The notes under the pieces: generated by a model | Told to the model about the DNA's origin: nothing | The model's input: only the letters and a program-made list of their open reading frames with translations | The model's database searches: none | Assembly: GCA_964016885.1 (NCBI GenBank) | Contig: OZ024740.1 | Span: forward strand, 299,522,001-299,586,000 | Source: Eledone cirrhosa | Taxonomy: Eukaryota | Length of the DNA stretch: 64,000 nt | Direction: 5' to 3' | Shown here: one piece after another, positions 54,693 to 64,000 of the stretch | Layout: each line of letters starts with the position of its first letter | Position numbering within the stretch: position 1 is the first letter of the stretch | Translations under genes and position numbers: made by a program

Positions 54693-57600
54693 TCTTTATT
54701 AACCACAAGGGTTTACATAAAGTAGACATTATGGACAGTACAGTACAATACAGGACGGTACAAATGGGCATTTCTGCGTGTAAAAAAACAAAAACAGAGG
54801 ATGTAACAAAAAATAACAATGAAAAATTCCCCAATAGGGGGGAGACTTCCGAGGAACATTTGTGGAGAAAGCCCATTAAAAGGCTACAGTGACCCTGACC
54901 ACCAGGGCAAGTGCCCTCTCCCAGTTTTCCACCTTTAATTTACAGACACATACTCAGAGTAGGCCCATTCACTCGGGCTATTCTTGCTTCTCTCACCCAT
55001 CTTTCAACAAAATGCTGGGAAGAGAGCACTTCCCTCTCTACCCTGATTTTCCTTTTCAAATGAAATTTGAAAAAGTTAATCAGGGCATCACCGAAGAGGT
55101 AAGTGCTCGTCTTCAGCCCTTTCAAACGTGTCCACCATACTATATCTTTCGCCATGGCCACTAGACAGATAAAACTGCCTGCCCTTCCCGGCTAAAGGAA
55201 GAGGGCGGGGCAATCTTCATGATGGACTCAGCTGATAGCCGGATCGGTCCTACACGCGACATCAGGTGTTCGACATAACGCCACAAGTCAGCAATACTCG
55301 AACACAGGACGAGTGCGTGCTGGACAGTTTCATCGCCGTGCGTGCATCTCGAACATGCCCGGCTGACGGTACCTCCATGCTTGTAGAGTTTATCCCGAAC
55401 TGGCAAACTCCTCGGTAGCACTGCCTGGCCAGGGATTTCTGGAAGTTGTCCATAGGCCCCGGCCCGAAAGTTCTTCCGAAGAGATGGCTAATTGATTTTC
55501 GTCGACGCCTAGAGTTTACCCAAGTACGTCGTCGCTCTTCCCCTCCACTAATCCTCCATAGAACGCCGTCTGGAGTTGCCACCGATCACATTGCCCGATT
55601 GGTCGAGGGTTGTGAGCGCCTGAAGACATTCCAGTCTCCAAGCGCTCCCTCTCGGTCTTCGCTTGACCCACGACTGCAGCTCCGTCAAGGAGACGAGCTG
55701 GGGAAAGATGCGTCTAGCAAACGGCGACCACACCTGATCACCGTCGAGAAAGAGGTGGAGATGTCGTAGCCTGAGCGCGTGTCTGCGCATCATCAGCCAC
55801 GGCATGCCCAGCCCTCCACATAGCGGGTGTTGAGAGCAGATGGCCCGCCTGACCTTCAGAGCGCGTCCCTTCCACAAATAGCGAAAGAGCAAACGCTCCA
55901 GCGCAGTCAGGCGGGGCTTAGGACAAGGTACGACGGTCAGGCGGTAGTACATGACGGACGCAATATACGCGTTAGCCACCTCCACTCGACCTTTCATGGA
56001 TAGCTTCCTCTCCGCCCATTTCTGGGTGAGAGAAGCCACCCTGCTTGTCACCTCGTCCCACTTTTTATTCGTCTGGAGGTCCGGACCGAACCAGACGCCT
56101 AGCAATTTAACCAGTCCGTCCGTCCAGCGCCCGACGACGCTGTTGGACGGCATGGACTTGCTTCTCCAGGTGCCGAACTGCAGGCCCACTGACTTTTCCT
56201 GGTTGATCATTGCTCCTGTCACCGATTCGTATTCTCTTAGTGTAGTGCCGATCGCCTCGATGTGTTTGGCATTCGACACCACTACGGTGACATCGTCCGC
56301 ATATGCTGACACGGATCTCCCTCAACGTCGCCAGTTTGTGCAGTAATGGTTCGAGAGTTAATACGTACAAGAGGGACGAGAGGGGACATCCTTGGCGGAC
56401 CGAGCGCATTATGTTGAACGGTTCCGAAATGTGACCGTTCACTCTCACCACAGAGCAGATGTCGCTGGGCATGGCAGCGTTGCAGCCTCTGAAGACGGGC
56501 CCAAAGCCAGCCACCCTAAGGACTTCCGCCAGATAACGATGGTCGACCCTATCAAAATCTTTAGACTTATCTAAATTGATCAAGGACCCACCCGTGCCAT
56601 GTTCCCTAGCTACCCGCTCCACAATGTATCGCATGAGGTGGGAGTTGTCGTGGATGGATCTGTCGGGAATGGCGCATGTCTGCGCCTCTCCTACCAGACC
56701 ACCAACGACAAGCGCCAACCTCTTTGCTAGCACCTTGGCCAAAATCTTGAACTCTGTGTTTAGCAGAGTTATGGGCCTGAAATTATCTATGTTATGCCCC
56801 TTGTTCGGATCCTTTCTCAGCAGCTCCACAGCTCCTCGGCTCACAGAGCTGGGAATTCTCCCCTTCTGTTGCCAGTTGCAGTAGACGTCCGCCAAGAGGC
56901 CTCCGAACACGTCTGGCATCTGTACGTAAAGTTCATAGGGCAGACCATCCAAACCAGGTCATTTACCCCTTGTCCAGCCAGTCATTGCCTCCCGTACTTC
57001 AGCTGCTGTTATCGGCTTTTCACAACACTCCGCCTCAGTGGCCGAGAGCCGCGGCAGTCTGTCGAGGTAGACACTAAAGTCCATCCTTCGATCCGGCCCG
57101 CTGCTATCCCCGAACAGCTGAGCGAAGTGTCGCTGAAAAGCTTCACACATTTTCCCGGGATATAGTAGCATGCGCCCGTCGTGGTCCACCGAAGATCGGA
57201 TCGCGGCTTTGACGAGCCTCCGCCACTCAGGCCCATTGAACGGCTTTCGTCCCCTCGTGTCTGAGAGCACGCACCCTCGCTCTCACAACGCAGCCTTCGT
57301 GCTTAGTATTGAAAAATTGGTCAAGGGCCAATTTCGCTGCAAGTACTTTGCTAAGCGCCTCGTCTAATTTTATAACTAGTTCTCCCTCTGCTCTATTTTT
57401 CTCTATTGCTAAAGCCCAACTAAAGCTAATGGACTCTGTTATAATCGCTCTTATCAGAGCAAACCACCACTAGTTGTTGACGATGGCCCCCGTCAACGCC
57501 CGCTTAACTAGTTCGCTAATCCGGTCTCTGTAGACCTTGCGCGCTGGTAAGGACGCGTTTAGCTTCAAGTAGCCGGGTCAATGTCTATGAAGCCTATCTA

Positions 57601-58197
57601 AGTCAACCACACAGATCATGAATTTATGGTCCGTGTAGCTGACTATCTTGAATTGTGGACAGCCTATGCTAGACATATCTATTTCCCTACAAAATCCTCT
57701 ATCTACATATGATCTGGATGACCTGATACGGTTTGTCCAAGTCCACATTGGCACAAGCGTGAAATCCAATCGGTACCTGTCAGACAGTTCAAAACGCCTG
57801 AGTATGTTGGTGAGACTCTTGCACCCTCCACCCCTATCCGCTAATCCCACACAGTCCCAGCCTGCATCTAAGATCCCGTTCCAGTCGCCCACTAACACTA
57901 AAGAGCGAGACGTTCCAAGAAAGGTCTCCAGACGCCGGAAGAAATCAGGCCGCCTTGCTCCTGTCGGGGCATAGACGGCCACTAGCCTCAAAGCTTGCCC
58001 GTCTTCGCTGATCACGTCCAGCACCACCAACTTACCTTCTGGTTACAGGAAGATGGCCCGTATGGCGAGATCCAAACCTCTCCGAAAAAGCACAGCAACT
58101 CCTCCCCCCGATCCAGGACGGCTGGGAGATGCGTACACATCGTAGCCGCCGAAGATCGGTGCGAAGGCCCGTGCCTCGGAGATCCTGGTCTCGTTGT
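54689..58197 (-). mobile_element. L1/Tx1-clade LINE ORF2 (APE endonuclease, RT, CCHC), multiply frameshifted
   Basis: NETR, LVAVYAP, LVGDWN, TDHK; DGLPYELY, FRPITLLN, FDRVDH, VRQGCPLS, AYADD; CSRC..ETVQHALVLC; minus-strand AATAAA near 54695. Confidence 0.92.
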
Positions 58198-58278
58198 GGC
58201 ACAAGGCCAGCAATTATCCCAGTACATTACTGGTGCTTAATTTTATCGACCCCCTAAGGATCAAAGGCAAAGTTTGCC
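58198..58278 (-). mobile_element. SINE fragment at the 5' end of the Tx1 copy
   Basis: ggcacaaggccagcaattatcccagtacattactgg..ttttatcgaccccctaagga. Confidence 0.75.
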
Positions 58279-58457
58279 TGTCATCGAAGTTGTAGCCGCG
58301 ATATAGCAGATACCCATCGAATTGTTTGAGGAGGTGTGAAAGGTTAATACATTTTCGTCCAGATAAATACAAAGTTATGACAGTGTGACACCAGGAAAAG
58401 TGATCATATGCATTTAGCCATATTTATACAACAACGATAAATACAAACAGGTCAAAG

Positions 58458-58583
<126 letters not shown>

Positions 58584-58587
58584 TTAT

Positions 58588-58641
<54 letters not shown>

Positions 58642-58914
58642 GGAGTGTAACTTGGAGTTACTGTAGGTTCACTCGGGTGAGCACTCGATGTTTAGGTTCA
58701 CTTCAGTGTTGAGGTGGAGAGCTAGACAGAGTGTATTATAGTGATATTAATGGAAGAATTATTCTATTATCATTAAAAGGGGTCTGGCGAGCCGTGTATT
58801 ACAGAGTCAGGTGAGATCGATACAGATCGAACCTTGAGCTGATCAGTGGCGTAACGCGCGTCACCTACCAATAACCGTAACGAAGGAGTAATCAATCATC
58901 CCTGTTATCTTATT

Positions 58915-58966
<52 letters not shown>

Positions 58967-58968
<2 letters not shown>

Positions 58969-59126
58969 AAAAAGTATGACCCCGACGGCAAAACTCAAGC
59001 CGTTTAGACGGCTATTTCTGGAAACTGCCGTCGGCGTCATACTTTTTCCAATTTCCCACTCTACTACCCTAAGTATTGAGTACTCTGGTGCGTTATGGCC
59101 CATCTGGTTCCTTACCACAATTCCTT

Positions 59127-59130
<4 letters not shown>
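58967..59130 (+). mobile_element. short fold-back module of the 2806-3067 family
   Basis: ggaaaaagtatgaccccgacggca / tgccgtcggcgtcatactttttcc, then tail cccactctactaccctaagtattgagtactctggtg. Confidence 0.75.
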
Positions 59131-59170
<40 letters not shown>

Positions 59171-59297
59171 AAAGTTATATTTAAATTGTTGGGTTACAAC
59201 TAGTAAATATTTATAACTGATATAAAAGCACTCGACAAGTATTTGGAGTATATTTACGATATTAAATAAATGGAAACTATATTTATAAAACCATATT

Positions 59298-59363
59298 TAT
59301 TTCATTATATATATTTCAGGGATATCATATTAACAATATGCTATGCCTTCCTCAGACAAAATA
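59298..59363 (-). ncRNA. type I hammerhead ribozyme in 3' pLTR
   Basis: tattttgt-CTGAGGA-agg..catatt/aatatg..cct-GAAA-tatata-TA-atgaaata. Confidence 0.88.
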
Positions 59364-60698
59364 CAATATAGACAGTTTTATAGATAAATAGATTTGACAT
59401 ACCGTTTAACGTCGACTTGTATTTGAAAAGTTGATTTGGCAGTGAAAAAAATTGTAAACAGAAAGAAAGAAAGAGAGAAAAAAGGAAAGAAAGAAAAGAA
59501 AGAAAGAAAGAAAACGAAGAAAAAGAAGAAAAAGAAGAAATGCATGGAACAAAATAGAGAGATGGAAAGATAGATAAAGAGAAGAACTTCATGTAAAGAA
59601 ACAGAGATATATATAGAGAGAGGAGATAGATAGAGATAGATATATAGAGAAAAGTAGGTGGTTGGACATCCGTTGAATAAACGTATCAATGATATATTTA
59701 TTTATTTATTTATTTATTTAGCTCTAGTATTAATGTAAGGGAGATATATGTGGTTAGGAGAGAAACCAGCTGTTATATATAGAGAAAAATGAAAAGTAAC
59801 CAGACATAGGCGAGGCATAAAAACCTATGTTTTAATGTAGAAGTATCAGTATGTATAAAAACCAGGCACTCTAATGTAAATATCAGTATTCCTGAATGAG
59901 ACACGTATCCATAATGTGTGAAAAGTAATGATCTTATGTTTAGTTTTAAAAATTCATATGTTTATATGATAACTACAAACATCAATGTAAATTTACGTGA
60001 TCAACTCTGCAAACCCCAATTTTCCACGGAGAACATTCTCATTGTGCTATAAAAATTTAAGTATACATATATGTGTATATATATACACATATATATATAT
60101 AGAGTCTATATTACTACTAATCTTGTCTTTACTCTGCGTGATTATCTATCAAGCATAAATAGAGAACAGATTTCAATATATTAATAAAAAATATCAGAAA
60201 CAAAAACCAAAAAAAATAATAATAATAATAATAATAATAAATAATAATAAAATAGAAAACTAAAAAATATTACGAAAAAATATTACATATTAAAAATATT
60301 ACATATTAAAAATAAAAATATTAGAAAATACTACAATAATAAAAACAAACCACAAAGATCAACCCTTCAAAATTAATTGACAATATATTGTCAAGTTCAT
60401 TATAAGCATCAGAGTCGAAAACAGATAAAGCTAAAAATTATTTATCAAATCACGTCTAGCAAAAATCATTTTAAAAAGTTTAGGATGCCCATTTGGTCTA
60501 CATGTGTTCTTATATTTAATATAGAAGTTTATCTAGTGTAACGTTTATTCGAAATATTTGGAGCATCAACTTTTAAGGTAGTTTAATTTTTCATGAAGAA
60601 TGTTTAAATAAAAATAAAAATAAAAAGAAGAATAAAAAGAAGAAATCGAAAGATTTATCGGCTAGTTTCCCAAATAATTATAAATCAAACTAAATATA

Positions 60699-62906
60699 CT
60701 ACATTTTAAATTTAAATTTATATTTAAAAGTTGAGTTTAATCTATGTTTGCAGCAACTGAATAAATTTGTCCGTAGATTAAGGGAATTTTTAGATTTTAG
60801 TATAAAGAATATCTCCTCTGCGCAGAGGTCACATGTCTCAGAGGATGAATTAAAAGGAATCCCTCTTGAGACTATATTCCAAGCCGTCGAATATCTAACG
60901 TTATCTAGCTTAAGTTGCCAGAGTACGCCTGATAGTGCTGTTGAAGATTTTTTGCTTGGATCTGTGAAATAATTCTTGTGGTTATTATAGCGAAGTTTAA
61001 ATTCCGTCGATGTGGAACCGACGTAGTTAAAAGAATTAGAGTCAGTTTTAACATTACAATTGTATATTATATTTTTAACTAAGCAGTTGTTATTTAACGG
61101 ACATTTAGATCTATCTCTACAGTTACATTTGTTAACTTGTATATTATTTATGCTATTATCACTAGGTTTTAAGTTCCTATTATTTATTCTATTAATATTT
61201 TGTGCTAAATTTTTGGTGGATGAGTAGGTTAATTTTATAGTATGTCTATTGAAAATTGAGTGATACCCATGTGTTCTAGGGAAGCGATTATCAAGAGCTT
61301 TAAAAAATAGTTTAGCGATGTGGGTTTTAATGTTTAGTGAGAAAGGGGGGGGCAAACCAAATTATGTTCCTAGTTCTATTTCTTTTTTGGCTTTTGGAAT
61401 TATTGTAATGCTTTCTATTATAGTTGTTAAGGTTGTTGCCGTAATTAAAATAGTTGTTATTTTGTTTAGTTTGTCTATCATTATCTATGTACATAATCTT
61501 ATCACTATATCCTGGTCTAGCTAACGCTTCATTGTAGTACTGGGCTTTTTCGTCGAAAATCTTTCTATTGGATGAGATTCTAGAGATACGTTTTTGTACA
61601 GAGTTTACTATAGTGTTTTTGACAGATCTGGGGTGGTTAGAGTTAAAGCTGACATAGTTTAAGTTTTCATTCAACTTGTGAAAAGGATAGTGAAGACATG
61701 TGTTGAGATTTAATGTTATATCTAGGAAATTGACTATTCTATGGTTGTTCTCAATTTCTATTTTAAGATTAAAGTAATTAAAAAATTGTGTAATTTGTTT
61801 ACATTTTCTATTTAGTTCAGAGTTATTATTATCAATAAGTAAAAGCATGTCATCTCTATATAAACCTCCGGTAGTACCAGGTATTTTCCTATGTAGCGAA
61901 TTGATTAAAAATAAGCCCACAAGGTCAGTTACCTGAGCTGAGTCGGATGATCCCATAGTAATGTCAAAATTGCTATCTCTATCTGCTCTGGTCCATAGTT
62001 GGTCATTAAATGCTATCAATGTTTTCCTAGCCGATAATATAATATGCATTTCATTGCTAGTTAGGTCTGTATGTTTGAATGCGTAATTTAGTGCCTTATT
62101 TAGTAGATTAGGGGTAATAGAAGAATAATAGTTAATAATAGTTAATAATTATTATTATTGTTATATTTAATTTGCTTAAACCACTCAACAACCTCTCCAG
62201 TTCCCTTCCACAAGCTCTGGTTAGGTAAACAATCCAAGTTCTTAATTTGCTGTATCACCCTGTCAAGAATGTTTTTGCTTAATTTGCCCAGGTCCGATTT
62301 TGATGGTGCGATCAATCTAACTGGCAAGTCATTTTCAAAATTGCTCTTGTGATCTTTCATATTGATCTTCGGTTTCCTGGGCACGAAAGGTTGTGTTCTG
62401 TTCTCAATTTCCAACTCGTGCATTATACAAGATGCTTCGACATTCATTTTCTCAAGCTCGGCCTTATCTGCTACCTTGTACTTTTTCCTCAATTCCTTCA
62501 GTATGAGGCCATTATACATGTCTTTCTGCACTCCATAGAGGTTGTTGGTCTTGTCAGATTTCACCAAGATCTTCTCAGTTTTCTCTAAGCTCTCAATATT
62601 ATCCTTAATGCCTTTCAGGTATTCCTGGCCTTTGAAGTTTCTTTTGAATTTGACCCCTTGTATGATAGAAATTATATCGTTTTCAAAGTCAGATAACAGT
62701 TTGTTAGGGGGTGGATTTCTTTTAGATTTGAAAACTTTGTTTAAGTCCGAGACATTTTCATTTATATTAGATTTATCAAAGTGGAATGCTCGCCACCTGA
62801 TTCTCCTTATAAAAGAGTCAGATTTATCTATTAATTGTTTTATAAAGTCTTTGTTTCTAGGTAGAGGTATGTCTTTTAAAGAGGAAGTAATCTTAAAGAA
62901 TTCCAT
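60699..62906 (-). pseudogene. PLE RT - GIY-YIG polyprotein (motif A deleted, frameshift at G-run ~61345)
   Basis: SLKDIP..FIRRIRWRAFHF, KSDKTNNLY, KDHK, TMGSSDSAQVTDLVG, GGLYRDD, SNHP, KCNCRDRSKCPL, IIYNC..YVGSTSTEFKLRYNNH, CDLC..LNLRTNLFSCCKH. Confidence 0.92.
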
Positions 62907-63084
62907 TTTTTCAGTTATAATATAAAGCGCTCAACAGTATTGGAGCAAGATACATGGAAAGTTATATTTAAATTGTTGGGTTACAACTAGTAAATATTTA
63001 TAACTGATATAAAAGCACTCGACAAGTATTTGGAGTATATTTACGATATTAAATAAATGGAAACTATATTTATAAAACCATATT

Positions 63085-63150
63085 TATTTCATTATATATA
63101 TTTCAGGGATATCATATTAACAATATGCTATGCCTTCCTCAGACAAAATA
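63085..63150 (-). ncRNA. type I hammerhead ribozyme in 5' pLTR
   Basis: Identical to 59298-59363. Confidence 0.88.
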
Positions 63151-63290
63151 CAATATAGACAGTTTTATAGATAAATAGATTTGACATACCGTTTAACATC
63201 GACTTGTATTTGAAAAGTTGATTTGGCAGTGAAAAAAATTGTAAACAGAAAGAAAGAAAGAGAGAAAAAAGGAAAGAAAGAAAAGAAAAA

Positions 63291-64000
63291 AATCTACTAA
63301 ATAAGGCACTAAATTACGCATTCAAACATACAGACCTAACTAGCAATGAAATGCATATTATATTATCGGCTAGGAAAACATTGATAGAATTTAATGACCA
63401 ACTATGGACCAGAGCAGATAGAGATAGCAATTTTGACATTACTATGGGATCATCCGACTCAGCTCAGGTAACTGACCTTGTGGGCTTATTTTTAATCAAT
63501 TCGCTACATAGGAAAATACCTGGTACTACCGGAGGTTTATATAGAGATGACATGCTTTTACTTATTGATAATAATAACTCTGAACTAAATAGAAAATGTA
63601 AACAAATTACACAATTTTTTAATTACTTTAATCTTAAAATAGAAATTGAGAACAACCATAGAATAGTCAATTTCCTAGATATAACATTAAATCTCAACAC
63701 ATGTCTTCACTATCCTTTTCACAAGTTGAATGAAAACTTAAACTATGTCAGCTTTAACTCTAACCACCCCAGATCTGTCAAAAACACTATAGTAAACTCT
63801 GTACAAAAACGTATCTCTAGAATCTCATCCAATAGAAAGATTTTCGACGAAAAAGCCCAGTACTACAATGAAGCGTTAGCTAGACCAGGATATAGTGATA
63901 AGATTATGTACATAGATAATGATAGACAAACTAAACAAAATAACAACTATTTTAATTACGGCAACAACCTTAACAACTATAATAGAAAGCATTACAATAA
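63291..64000 (+). mobile_element. inverted duplicate of the PLE RT region (~61400-62110), runs off window
   Basis: aatctactaaataaggcactaaattacgc... is the near-exact reverse complement of 62110 downward. Confidence 0.9.

Larger units (their letters stand above)
59168..63288 (-). mobile_element. near full-length Penelope-like element (Hydra-clade-like) with two direct pLTRs
   Basis: pLTRs 59168-59501 and 62955-63288 nearly identical (offset 3787), each with a hammerhead; 3' end in (TA)n. Confidence 0.93.

Overview
AT-rich, microsatellite-saturated animal DNA, almost certainly octopod/cephalopod judging by its SINE families. No host gene can be confidently identified. Most short ORFs in the track are translations of (TA)n/(CA)n/(GA)n repeats. 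Recognisable elements: three Penelope-like retroelements (RT plus C-terminal GIY-YIG with a CxCx5C linker, Hydra-clade-like, all ending in (TA)n), two L1/Tx1-type LINE fragments, two R4/Dong-type LINE fragments, RTE/CR1-like remnants, a mariner MITE, hAT-like remnants and about 15 tRNA-derived SINE copies. The dominant unannotated signal is a set of more than 20 minimal type I hammerhead ribozyme motifs (stem I-CUGANGA-stem II-GAAA-palindromic stem III-UH-stem I) in about 13 sequence-unrelated families. Their stem III palindromes differ between families but stay self-complementary, and two families carry the compensatory U3:A8 core. Most sit in non-coding, (TA)n-flanked fold-back or direct-repeat modules that look like a large non-autonomous ribozyme-bearing satellite system mobilised by the Penelope-like elements.
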